From an uncultured Chitinophagaceae bacterium (GTDB lineage Bacteria > Bacteroidota > Bacteroidia > Chitinophagales > Chitinophagaceae): a stretch of DNA of 64,000 nt. Numbering within the stretch: position 1 is the first letter of the stretch; each line of letters opens with the position of its first letter. The stretch lies in NCBI GenBank assembly GCA_964409025.1, contig CAYPBV010000002.1, positions 927 to 64,926 of the forward strand, read 5' to 3'. Positions 17,893-27,180 of this stretch are shown in pieces. A model generated the notes under the pieces. It ran no database searches. It was not told the DNA's origin and saw nothing but the letters and a program-made list of their open reading frames with translations. A program made the position numbers and the translations under genes.

Positions 17893-19431
17893 TTACTGCA
17901 ATACAAAGCGAAGAGGGGCTGCTGCCGGTTCAACTGATCCTCTTATCATTACGGCATATACACCTTTACCCAAATTGCCCGTGGGCAATGTAATGGTGCC
18001 TGCGCCTGCAATACGGGAGCGATAAACGGTTTTACCTGCTGCATCTGTTACAATCAATTCCCTGCTTTCCGGTAAAAGTGTGGTACCACGGAGTACAGAA
18101 AGATAAAGCGTTTGACCGGGTGAGGCTATTGTAGGGTAGAGCTGATAATTACCTGTAGCATTTACACTGGCCTTTACAATTGGGCTGTAGCTGTAGGAGG
18201 CATCACCATCAACCATTTTAAGACGATAGTAAACGGCTACAGCTGCCGGCAGGGTTACATCTGTATAGCTATAAGATTGATTATAACCTGTAGCGTCAAC
18301 CTTTGCAATGCGTACAAATTTATCCGGAGTACCGGTGCTGCGTTCCACTTCAAAATGACTCACATTTACCTGGCTTTCTGCTTTCCAGTCCAGTACAGAT
18401 GTACTGTTTTTAACGGTGGCAATAAAATCTTTAAGACGGAGCGGCAGTACAGACGATTCAGCAAAATAACCTCCGCCTGCCATCATATCAAGACCACCAT
18501 TGGCACCGGCGTCTGTATTAGAGGGTACATTTGTTAAAGTAATCAGGTTCATTGCTGATGTTACATCATTTGGAAACACTGCCAGTCCGTAAATACGGGT
18601 GCCATTAGAAATACCCAGTGCCGCCATAGAAATATATACACCACTCACAGTTTGTAAAGGAATATCCTGTTTTACACGGAGGTTTACATCAGTTCCGGTG
18701 CGGCGACTCATTACCTTAGAAATAAAGGCAGGACCTACCGTACCCCAATGACCGCTGGCTACCACAATGTTTACAAGACTGCCCAAACCATTTACCAGAT
18801 TAGATCCGTTTAATGAAGTAATGGCTGCTACTTTAAAATTATCATTACCATTACGTTCATTTATTAAAAAACCCTGAAAATTAGGCGCAGTACAAAGAAT
18901 ACCTGCGTTAATGATTAGATCGATTCGCTCAATATTTGCCTGTGTGGTGGGTGAGTTGGAAAAAGTATTGTCTGAGCCACGGTTGCATACAAAGCTGTTT
19001 ACAACATCTTCAAAATTGGGCAGGTAAGAAGGTTCCAGATAGAGGTTGTTGCCCACGTTTGTTGTATGTTCATAGAGTGTATTGATTGTATCGCCGGGTA
19101 TTGAGGGATGCCGGTTAATTACAACATTATCAAATGGTCGTCCGTTGGGTCTGGGTCTGGGTGTATAAGAATTTGCACCAATGGTAAAGCCGGCCACCAC
19201 ACGCTCGATTCCTGCAGCACCACCGCTTCGTTGACCATACAGGTTGGTAAATGTGGTAGTATTAAGGTAAGAGCCACCTGACAAGTTCCAGCCAACTGAA
19301 GTATTGGTAGCAGCAGTTGCATTTCTTGTGGTGATGTTGTACGCTGAAACGGGCAATTGTGCTACTGCATCAAATGTTAGGATTAATACGATAAAACAAG
19401 AAATTACCAGAAAGGGTAAAATTTTCTTCAT
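17893..19431 (-). CDS. T9SS-secreted protein of unknown function
   Basis: Signal peptide, N/T/G-rich body, VLPLRLKDF Ig-like module, YYRLKMVDGD, LYP...GKGVY C-terminal sorting domain. Confidence 0.8.
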   Translation of the reverse strand: MKKILPFLVISCFIVLILTFDAVAQLPVSAYNITTRNATAATNTSVGWNLSGGSYLNTTTFTNLYGQRSGGAAGIERVVAGFTIGANSYTPRPRPNGRPFDNVVINRHPSIPGDTINTLYEHTTNVGNNLYLEPSYLPNFEDVVNSFVCNRGSDNTFSNSPTTQANIERIDLIINAGILCTAPNFQGFLINERNGNDNFKVAAITSLNGSNLVNGLGSLVNIVVASGHWGTVGPAFISKVMSRRTGTDVNLRVKQDIPLQTVSGVYISMAALGISNGTRIYGLAVFPNDVTSAMNLITLTNVPSNTDAGANGGLDMMAGGGYFAESSVLPLRLKDFIATVKNSTSVLDWKAESQVNVSHFEVERSTGTPDKFVRIAKVDATGYNQSYSYTDVTLPAAVAVYYRLKMVDGDASYSYSPIVKASVNATGNYQLYPTIASPGQTLYLSVLRGTTLLPESRELIVTDAAGKTVYRSRIAGAGTITLPTGNLGKGVYAVMIRGSVEPAAAPLRFVLQ

Positions 19432-19698
19432 ATAGATTTTTTAGGCTGCGAAAATATATCTTGAAGCTTAATTTATAGGTGTTTGCTTTGCTTGTTTCTA
19501 AGTGTAAACAATTATTGTTTTCAACATCTAACGTTTGCACCTCACCTTTAAAATGAATAAACAGATACAGAGCTGCCTAAGGGCACTTTTTTGAACGGCC
19601 CGGGACATTATGTTGAAACGGGAAATGCTACAATAAAAAACGGCATTTTTGTTATTTCACATTCTTTCCTGAAATTTACTTCAATTAAATAAATAGCC

Positions 19699-19860
19699 AT
19701 GTCCCTATTTAACACAGGAAAAAACAAAAAAGACAAAAAGAAAGGAACAATTCCACAAAGTAAATCAGCATTTATTGCTCCCAAGGGTGGCGGCAAAGCC
19801 AATACAAAAGCCGGCAACAATGCAGGCAAGCATGTTGGTGGTGCACAGCGGGGAGCTTAA
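19699..19860 (+). CDS. Putative 53-aa Lys/Gly-rich small basic protein
   Basis: MSLFNTGKNKKDKKKGTIPQSKSAFIAPKGGGKANTKAGNNAGKHVGGAQRGA*. A-rich leader before the ATG. Confidence 0.6.
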   Translation: MSLFNTGKNKKDKKKGTIPQSKSAFIAPKGGGKANTKAGNNAGKHVGGAQRGA

Positions 19861-19922
19861 ATACCGTTGCAATAATTTTTCACACAATTATTTTTACAGG
19901 CTGCTTCAAGTAACTTGCGCCC

Positions 19923-22439
19923 ATGATGGATTATTTAAAAGGTCTCAATGAGCGGCAAAGAGAAGCAGTGGAAACAATTGACGGACCGCTCATGATTGTG
20001 GCCGGTGCCGGCAGCGGAAAAACCAAAGTACTTACTACACGTATTGCGCACCTGATGGCAAAGGGTGTAGATGCTTTCAATATACTGGCGCTCACGTTTA
20101 CCAACAAGGCTGCTAAAGAAATGAAGGAGCGTGTGGAGCACATCCTCGGCAACCATGAAGCTCGCAACTTATACATAGGCACCTTTCACAGTGTGTTTGC
20201 ACGCATCTTACGTACAGAAGCTAATAAGCTGGGCTACCCTAACAACTTCACCATTTATGATACGGATGATGCCAAGAGTGTGATCAAAACAGTGATCAAT
20301 GAAATAAACCTGGATGATAAGCACTACAAACCATCCACGGTGTATAACAGAATCTCCTCAGCCAAGAACGCTTTGGTAAATGCAGAAGAATACAAAAACG
20401 ACTGGCATATTCAGCAGGAAGATTTGCGGGCCAACCGTCCGGCCATTGCACAAATATTTGATGCATACAGCAAACGCTGTTTTAAAAACGGAGCGATGGA
20501 CTTTGATGACCTGCTCATCAAGTTTTATGAGCTGCTCAAAAACTTTCCGGAAAGCTTAAGCAAGTACCAGCGCAAGTTTCAATTCATTATGATTGATGAG
20601 TACCAGGATACCAACCCGGCTCAGTACGAAATCATCAAGCTGCTTGGCGCCATGCATGAAAACGTATGTGTGGTAGGCGATGATGCACAGAGTATCTACA
20701 GCTTCCGGGGTGCAACCATTGAAAACATTTTACAGTTTCAGAAAGATTACGATAATGTGCATGTGGTGAAACTGGAGCAGAACTATCGAAGCACAAAAAA
20801 CATTCTGCATGTTGCCAATGAAGTAATTGCCAACAATAAGAATCAAATTGAAAAAGTTTTATTTACTGATAATACGGATGGAGAAAAGATTCGTCTTGTT
20901 CGCACCATGACGGATAATGATGAAGGCAAGTATGTAGCTGATACCATTCAGGAACAAAAACTTCGTAATCATTACCGAAATAAAGATTTTGCTATTCTCT
21001 ACCGCACCAATGCACAGAGCCGTGCGTTTGAAGAAAGCCTGCGCCGCATGGCTATTCCTTATATTATTTATGGTGGCATCAGCTTTTATCAGCGTAAAGA
21101 AATCAAAGATTTTATTGCTTACCTGCGCTTAATCGTGAACCCACGTGATGAAGAAGCGCTCAAGCGTGTTATTAATTATCCGGCACGTGGCATTGGTAAA
21201 ACCACCGTTGATAAATGTGTGCTTTTTGCCAATGAGCGAAACATCAGCATGTGGGAAGTGTTAACCCGTTCAAGAGAGCTGGGCTTTAAAGCAGGCACTG
21301 CTGATGCCATTGATGAGTTTGTAACCATGATTAAAAGTTTTGCCAGTATGCTGCAGAAAAACAATGCGTATGAAGTGGCAGTGCATGTGGGCAAACAAAC
21401 CAACCTCGTGAAAGAACTGTTCAACGATAAAAGCACGGAAGGATTACAGCGTTATGAAAATATCCAGGAGTTACTCAACTCAATTAAGGAATGGGTAGAT
21501 GATACCACCAACCGTCAGCAGATTGATGATGATGGTGTGGTGATTGAAGATCCGGCCCCCTCTAACTCCCCCCAAGGGGGAGAACAGGCAAGCACACAGT
21601 CTTTGCTTTTCAGCGATTCCAATAATAATGAACCGTCTTTGACAGGTGGGGTTTTGAGCGAAGGCAATCCCCTCCCGGTAGGGGGAAGGGGTGGGTTGGA
21701 TTTGGGAAGTTATTTACAACAAATCACCCTGCTCACAGATGCTGATGAAAAAGACCCCGATGCTGATAGTGTAAAACTCATGACTATCCATGCAGCCAAA
21801 GGATTGGAGTTTGAATGTGTGTTTGCTGCCGGTTTGGAAGAAATGTTATTTCCCAACGCACTCAGCATCAACACACGTGAAGAACTGGAAGAAGAACGTC
21901 GTTTGTTTTATGTGGTGATTACAAGAGCCAAGAAGAAGCTTTGGATTACTTATGCCAATACCCGATATAAGTTCGGACAGATTGTACAAAACGAACCGAG
22001 TCGTTTTTTAGATGAGTTGCCTGAAACACATATTGATAAAAGTTATGCAGGTGGTGGATTGAGGAACCAAACTTCATTCGGCGGTAGCTCTGCCTTTGAC
22101 CGTATGAAAGGCTGGGGCAATAAAGGAAATGATTATGATGATGTGGCCCGTGCAGAAAAAAAATACGGACCTCCACCCTCACAAAAGAAAACAACTACGT
22201 CTTCGTTAATTACTCCGGCCCGTAATCAAACCATCGAGCACAAACCTGCAGCAGATTTTATGGCAAGTGATACCAGCAACTTGCAGGAAGGTCAAAAAGT
22301 AGAACATCAAAAGTTCGGCTTTGGCGTTGTTGCCAAAATGGAAGGCAGCGCACATAACCCTATTGCGACAGTGAAGTTTGAACTAAATGGTGAGAAGAAG
22401 ATTATGCTTAATTACGCAAAGCTCAGAATCATTGAATAA
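19923..22439 (+). CDS. pcrA: ATP-dependent DNA helicase PcrA/UvrD, with an in-frame repeat insertion
   Basis: AGAGSGKT, DEYQD, VGDDAQSIYSFRGA, LEQNYRS, LYRTNAQS, MTIHAAKGLEF, EEERRLFYVVITRA, C-terminal HQKFGFG domain. Confidence 0.95.
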   Translation: MMDYLKGLNERQREAVETIDGPLMIVAGAGSGKTKVLTTRIAHLMAKGVDAFNILALTFTNKAAKEMKERVEHILGNHEARNLYIGTFHSVFARILRTEANKLGYPNNFTIYDTDDAKSVIKTVINEINLDDKHYKPSTVYNRISSAKNALVNAEEYKNDWHIQQEDLRANRPAIAQIFDAYSKRCFKNGAMDFDDLLIKFYELLKNFPESLSKYQRKFQFIMIDEYQDTNPAQYEIIKLLGAMHENVCVVGDDAQSIYSFRGATIENILQFQKDYDNVHVVKLEQNYRSTKNILHVANEVIANNKNQIEKVLFTDNTDGEKIRLVRTMTDNDEGKYVADTIQEQKLRNHYRNKDFAILYRTNAQSRAFEESLRRMAIPYIIYGGISFYQRKEIKDFIAYLRLIVNPRDEEALKRVINYPARGIGKTTVDKCVLFANERNISMWEVLTRSRELGFKAGTADAIDEFVTMIKSFASMLQKNNAYEVAVHVGKQTNLVKELFNDKSTEGLQRYENIQELLNSIKEWVDDTTNRQQIDDDGVVIEDPAPSNSPQGGEQASTQSLLFSDSNNNEPSLTGGVLSEGNPLPVGGRGGLDLGSYLQQITLLTDADEKDPDADSVKLMTIHAAKGLEFECVFAAGLEEMLFPNALSINTREELEEERRLFYVVITRAKKKLWITYANTRYKFGQIVQNEPSRFLDELPETHIDKSYAGGGLRNQTSFGGSSAFDRMKGWGNKGNDYDDVARAEKKYGPPPSQKKTTTSSLITPARNQTIEHKPAADFMASDTSNLQEGQKVEHQKFGFGVVAKMEGSAHNPIATVKFELNGEKKIMLNYAKLRIIE
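21555..21696. repeat. Pair of GC-rich REP-like hairpins inserted in frame in pcrA
   Basis: CTCCCCC-CAA-GGGGGAG (21566-21582) and ATCCCCTCCCGGTAGGGGGAAGGGGTGGGT (21667-21696). A related copy lies at 49158. Confidence 0.7.
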
Positions 22440-22440
22440 G

Positions 22441-22465
22441 AAAAAGCTCCTTTGGGAGCTTTTTT
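22441..22465. terminator. Bidirectional intrinsic terminator between pcrA and mnmG
   Basis: AAAAAGCTCC-TTTG-GGAGCTTTTTT. Confidence 0.85.
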
Positions 22466-22509
22466 AATTTTGTTGACCAGCTATTTATTTCATGGCATCG
22501 TCCCTTGCG

Positions 22510-22540
22510 CCTGCCCGTCCGTAGCCTTAGCGAAGGCGGG
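22510..22540. repeat. GTAG-type REP-like element
   Basis: CCTGCCCGTCCGTAGCCTTAGCGAAGGCGGG: GTAG followed by a CCTT-AGCG-AAGG hairpin. Confidence 0.55.
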
Positions 22541-22595
22541 TCACTCACTTCATCGTTCGGTAACAATGGCGTCTATGGTTCGCAACACAATCACA

Positions 22596-24464
22596 CTATC
22601 TTCCCATATACACCATCAATATCTGTACATCACTTGGGTTTACACCGCTGATGCGTGATGCCTGTCCAAGCGTTCTGGGTTTTATTTTCTTAAACTTTTG
22701 TAAGGCCTCTGCACTTAAAGAAGAAATTTTATTGTAATCAAAAGAATCGGGTATTTCTAAATCTTCCAGCTGACTCATGCGCTGTACCAAATCTTTTTCT
22801 TTTTCTATATACACATCATACTTTACCTGTATTTCTGTTTGCTCCAGTATTTCACGGTTATAGTCTGCCGTTAGTTGTTTCAATGTGGGCGAAGCTTGTA
22901 AAAATTCCTCTAACGATATACCCGGTCTTAATAAGATTTGTTGTGCTTTTTGTTTTTGGGTAAGCGGCGCACTGTTCTTTGATTCTAAGAAGGAATTAAT
23001 TTCTTCAGGAGTAATGGATACTTCACTCAACACTTGCTTCAGCTTTTCAACAGACTCCAGCTTGTATCTTGTTTGTTCCATTCGTTCCTGGCTCGCCAGT
23101 CCCATTCTGTAGCTCAACTCTGTTAAACGCAAATCTGCATTATCCTGACGCAATAAGGTGCGGTATTCAGCTCTGCTGGTAAACATGCGGTAAGGTTCAT
23201 CGGTTCCTTTGCTGATGAGGTCATCAATCAACACACCAATGTAGGCGTCGCTACGTTTCAAAATAAATGGAGCCTGCTCTCTTGCTTTCAAATGTGCATT
23301 GATACCCGCCATCAATCCTTGACAGGCAGCTTCTTCATAACCCGTTGTTCCATTAATCTGTCCGGCAAAGAAAAGGTTTTGTATCTGCTTGGTTTCCAAT
23401 GAGTACTGAAGCTGTGTAGGCGGAAAGTAATCATATTCAATGGCATAACCGGGCCTGAACATGCGGCAATTCTCAAAGCCGGGAACTGTACGAAGAGCCC
23501 CGTATTGCACTTGCTCTGGTAAAGAGGTAGAAAACCCGTTTACATAGATTTCCACCGTATTCCACCCTTCCGGCTCTACAAAAAGCTGGTGACGGTCTCT
23601 ATCAGCAAATCGATTGATTTTGTCTTCAATACTGGGGCAGTACCTTGGACCCGTTCCCTGAATGCGGCCCTGATACATCGGGCTCCTGTCAAACCCTGTT
23701 TTCAGGATTTCATGAACAACCGAGTTGGTATAGGTAATAAAACAGCTTCTTTGCTGCTCGGGCTTGATGCGATCTACGTTCATGTAAGAAAATCCGCTGA
23801 TTTCCTCATCACCCTTTTGCTCTTCCATTTTTGAGTAGTCCAGGCTTCTTCCGTCAATACGGGGCGGGGTTCCGGTTTTTAATCGATCGCTTTCAAAGCC
23901 TAGTTCTACCAATTGCTCGGTGATTCCGGTTGCTGCTTTTTCAGAGATACGTCCACCCCCTAATTGCTTTTCTCCAATATGAATGACACCATTTAAAAAG
24001 GTGCCGCTGGTAACAACTACTGATTTGGCCTTAATCTCATGCCCCAGTCCTGTTATCACACCATAGCATTTTCCGTCATTTACCAAGAGTTGACGCACCA
24101 TATCCTGGTAAAAATCAACGTTGGGCGTTGCTTCCAGCATTTCCCTCCAGGTAGCTGCAAAGAGCATCCGGTCGTTTTGCGTTCGGGGGCTCCACATAGC
24201 CGGTCCCTTGCTCCGGTTCAGCATTCGAAACTGAATCATGCTTTTATCACTCACAATACCGCTGTATCCGCCCAACGCATCTATCTCTCTCACAATCTGG
24301 CCTTTTGCAATGCCCCCCATAGCCGGGTTGCAGCTCATTTGAGCAATGGTTTGCATATTCATGGTTATTAGCAACACCTTGCTACCCATGTTGGCAGCAG
24401 CGGCAGCGGCTTCACATCCTGCGTGACCTGCACCTACAACAACGATATCGTATTCTGGAAACAT
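22596..24464 (-). CDS. mnmG: tRNA uridine-5-carboxymethylaminomethyl(34) synthesis enzyme MnmG
   Basis: VVGAGHAGCEAA, SCNPAMGGIAKG, LKTGTPPR, GPRYCPSIEDK, AGQINGTTGYEEAA. TAATTTTG promoter box at 24478-24471. Confidence 0.97.
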   Translation of the reverse strand: MFPEYDIVVVGAGHAGCEAAAAAANMGSKVLLITMNMQTIAQMSCNPAMGGIAKGQIVREIDALGGYSGIVSDKSMIQFRMLNRSKGPAMWSPRTQNDRMLFAATWREMLEATPNVDFYQDMVRQLLVNDGKCYGVITGLGHEIKAKSVVVTSGTFLNGVIHIGEKQLGGGRISEKAATGITEQLVELGFESDRLKTGTPPRIDGRSLDYSKMEEQKGDEEISGFSYMNVDRIKPEQQRSCFITYTNSVVHEILKTGFDRSPMYQGRIQGTGPRYCPSIEDKINRFADRDRHQLFVEPEGWNTVEIYVNGFSTSLPEQVQYGALRTVPGFENCRMFRPGYAIEYDYFPPTQLQYSLETKQIQNLFFAGQINGTTGYEEAACQGLMAGINAHLKAREQAPFILKRSDAYIGVLIDDLISKGTDEPYRMFTSRAEYRTLLRQDNADLRLTELSYRMGLASQERMEQTRYKLESVEKLKQVLSEVSITPEEINSFLESKNSAPLTQKQKAQQILLRPGISLEEFLQASPTLKQLTADYNREILEQTEIQVKYDVYIEKEKDLVQRMSQLEDLEIPDSFDYNKISSLSAEALQKFKKIKPRTLGQASRISGVNPSDVQILMVYMGR

Positions 24465-24494
24465 AGCCTGCAAAATTAGGCTAAATAAAGAGCC

Positions 24495-25112
24495 CTACTG
24501 CTTTCCAATGTTTCGAATCATAGCAGCTTCTTTCTTCACTTCATTAATATCTCTACCGCTATTAAGCAATTCAAATTCATAATTGTTGAAGTCCTCGATA
24601 TGTTCCAGGTAATCCCTATGCTCTTTAATAAACTTCCGTTGTGCTTCAGTGCTAATAATTTCTGAGATTTCAATGGTGGTGATTTTATCGAGGAGTTTTT
24701 TACAGATATGATAGCCTGTTTCATTATAGATATCCTGAAAGTAAGTTTTTGCCATCAGTACATCTACCCTGTTGCCTCGGTCTTTATTTTTTTGATTGGC
24801 TTCAACTCGTATGTTCGTAAAATTCCAGCAAAGCTTTAGATCTTCTTCATTTTTAAAGTTAAAATAGGTTACAGGTATAATGTGGTCAAATTGCCACATT
24901 TTACCATAGTTCGCCCATGAGAGTTCATCAGTAAACTGCATTTCCATCCAAAGGCGAAGATTTTTAAAATCCAACCCAAAGTATGAGGCGTATTGTGAGG
25001 CCACATGACCATTAATGATGTAACGTCTTAAGGCAATTTGCCATTTCCGTTTATCATTATGCTTTTGTTTTGATTCTGATAATTCAGTAGAGATGCTATA
25101 CAACTTGTTCAT
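24495..25112 (-). CDS. HNH-like nuclease-fold hypothetical protein
   Basis: QFTDELSWANYGKMWQFDHIIP...LCWNFTNIR...N. Own TACCTTTG box at 25134-25127. Confidence 0.65.
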   Translation of the reverse strand: MNKLYSISTELSESKQKHNDKRKWQIALRRYIINGHVASQYASYFGLDFKNLRLWMEMQFTDELSWANYGKMWQFDHIIPVTYFNFKNEEDLKLCWNFTNIRVEANQKNKDRGNRVDVLMAKTYFQDIYNETGYHICKKLLDKITTIEISEIISTEAQRKFIKEHRDYLEHIEDFNNYEFELLNSGRDINEVKKEAAMIRNIGKQ

Positions 25113-25183
25113 ATCCTTGCTTTGTGCAAAGGTAACGTTTCACGGAGCACCGTTCCACCCTGAAACTGTGATTTGTGAAACAA

Positions 25184-25843
25184 TTATTTACAGGCAAACA
25201 CTTGAACTACTAACAATTTTTTGCCGCCAGGATTGGAAAAAGCAACTCCCATACGTTCAAATGTTGGGTCTAAAAGATTAACCCGATGGCCTTTATCAGG
25301 CACACCATAATCAATTAAGAGGGTAATTAAAGCTTCGAGTGGGTTGGGATTTCCGATAAAAAGGTTTTCGGCTCCACATCTGAAGGTGCCCGTTTCTTTC
25401 AAACGCTGGACGAAGTCCTTTCCTGATGAAGATTTGTGAGAGATGATACCATTTCGTTTTGCTAAGTCTTGTGCATGCGCCCATGACATTCGTACAAGTT
25501 TGGCATCGGGCAGCAAAAATGGAAGTGGTGCTTTTATCTTTTCAATATCTCGTTCAAGGCTTTTAACTTCAGGCTTGTTTGCCTCCGGAAACTGCCTGAT
25601 GAACTCCTTAACAACATCATTATAAAATAATAGTGGATTTTTTCGCATCACATTCGTCCAGTAAAAGAGCATTTGTTCATCCTTATTAAGCTCAAGGAAG
25701 CTAACATTAGCTGCCAACGGTTTCCAAACAGATGAATCAATGGGCCCATTAAACACAAATGGTTTGTCTCGAAGTGTTATGGAGCCCTGTGAATAGATAA
25801 GATTTCCTGTAAATAAGAAAAATAAAACCAAAAAGTACTTCAT
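25184..25843 (-). CDS. CAP/SCP-domain secreted protein
   Basis: Signal peptide, HAQDL..SH, GAENL, LLIDYGVPDKGHRVNLL. Confidence 0.85.
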   Translation of the reverse strand: MKYFLVLFFLFTGNLIYSQGSITLRDKPFVFNGPIDSSVWKPLAANVSFLELNKDEQMLFYWTNVMRKNPLLFYNDVVKEFIRQFPEANKPEVKSLERDIEKIKAPLPFLLPDAKLVRMSWAHAQDLAKRNGIISHKSSSGKDFVQRLKETGTFRCGAENLFIGNPNPLEALITLLIDYGVPDKGHRVNLLDPTFERMGVAFSNPGGKKLLVVQVFACK

Positions 25844-26283
25844 GTCTTCTTACGCTTAGAAAAGTACAAACGCAAATAATAGTCCTCCCGTTCACGCATC
25901 TTCTTAATTTGTTGTGAAGTTTTATCGCCATACCCGCAGAGATGAAGGCAACCATGAAAAATGACCCGGTGCAATTCCGAAGTGTTAGTTGATTCTAAAA
26001 GAATTGCGTTATCCTTTACCCTTTCTATACTTATGTACATTTCAGCTTGAACTGGTTCGTTGGATTTAGAATAAAAAAAGGTGATAATGTCGGTATAATA
26101 GTTATGAGAAAGATAGTCCTTGTTTATCTGCAATAAATAAGAATCTGTGCAAAAAATAATATTCAGACTTTTAAGCTTAGTGTCTTCTTGTTTGAAAAGG
26201 AAGTGAACAAATTCCTTTAAGGCTGTTCGTCCTGCAAGTGAAACTTTCACATCGTTATAGAAAAAGCGAACTCTTTTTGACAT
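25840..26283 (-). CDS. ybeY: rRNA maturation RNase YbeY
   Basis: HNYYTDIITF, ELHRVIFHGCLHLCGYGD. ATG 26283. Confidence 0.93.
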   Translation of the reverse strand: MSKRVRFFYNDVKVSLAGRTALKEFVHFLFKQEDTKLKSLNIIFCTDSYLLQINKDYLSHNYYTDIITFFYSKSNEPVQAEMYISIERVKDNAILLESTNTSELHRVIFHGCLHLCGYGDKTSQQIKKMREREDYYLRLYFSKRKKT

Positions 26284-26339
26284 ATTTTCAAAATTCGGAA
26301 ATACTGAATACGTGTGTAAGATACTTTTGCATTTGAAAT

Positions 26340-26570
26340 ATGGCAAACAAACTTTCGGAACTTTTACCCGGCGAGAAAGGAACCATCCTTTCATTTGAAA
26401 ACGAGGAAATCCACCTTAAGTTAATGGAGATGGGCTGTGTACCGGGAGAAGAAATTGAAGTAGAACGTATTGCTCCCCTGGGTGATCCAATAAGTGTAAT
26501 TGTATCAGGATATCATTTAAGCCTTCGGGTAGAAGAAGCCCTTGCTATTACCATAAAAAAACACAACTAA
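26340..26570 (+). CDS. feoA: Ferrous iron transport protein A
   Basis: LMEMGCVPG, APLGDPI, LSLR. TACTTTTG box at 26322-26329. Confidence 0.92.
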   Translation: MANKLSELLPGEKGTILSFENEEIHLKLMEMGCVPGEEIEVERIAPLGDPISVIVSGYHLSLRVEEALAITIKKHN

Positions 26571-26589
26571 TTGATTTTCAATAATTATA

Positions 26590-27180
26590 ATGAATATAGG
26601 TCTCTATTTTGGTTCATTTAATCCTGTTCATAACGGCCATTTAATCATCGCTCAACACATGCTTAATGAAACCGATCTGGATAAAGTATGGTTCATTGTA
26701 TCACCACAGAATCCATTTAAACAACAGAAATCCTTACTCAATGAATATGACAGGCTTCATCTTGTACAAGTAGCAATTGAAGGTTCATTAAATATAAAAG
26801 CCAGCGATGTGGAATTTAAGCTGCCGAAACCTTCTTACACCGTAGATACACTTGTGTATTTACAAGAAAAATACCCCTCCTTTACATTTTCCATAATTAT
26901 GGGAAGCGACAGCTTTCAAAATTTATACTCTTGGAAAAACCCTGAACATATCATAAACAATCACACCATATATGTTTATGAAAGGCCCGGCTTTGAACTG
27001 CAGAAGGATTTGCCGGTAAAAGTAAAACCTGTACAGGCTCCCCTGCTTCAAATTTCGGCTACACATATTCGTGAGCTTATTCTAAACAACAAATCCATCA
27101 GGTATCTTGTACCTGATATTGTAATGGAAGAAATTAACAGGAATAATTATTTCAGGTTAAAAGACCCAGCCAAGAAATAA
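26590..27180 (+). CDS. nadD: Nicotinate-nucleotide adenylyltransferase
   Basis: [32 protein letters not shown]. Confidence 0.95.
   Translation: MNIGLYFGSFNPVHNGHLIIAQHMLNETDLDKVWFIVSPQNPFKQQKSLLNEYDRLHLVQVAIEGSLNIKASDVEFKLPKPSYTVDTLVYLQEKYPSFTFSIIMGSDSFQNLYSWKNPEHIINNHTIYVYERPGFELQKDLPVKVKPVQAPLLQISATHIRELILNNKSIRYLVPDIVMEEINRNNYFRLKDPAKK

Noticed and set aside
19608..19829. Hydrophobic 73-aa minus-strand ORF
   Set aside because: Better explained as the antisense of the Lys-rich plus-strand ORF 19699..19860.
22452..22658. 68-aa ORF between pcrA and mnmG
   Set aside because: Starts inside the terminator, crosses a REP and overlaps mnmG antisense.
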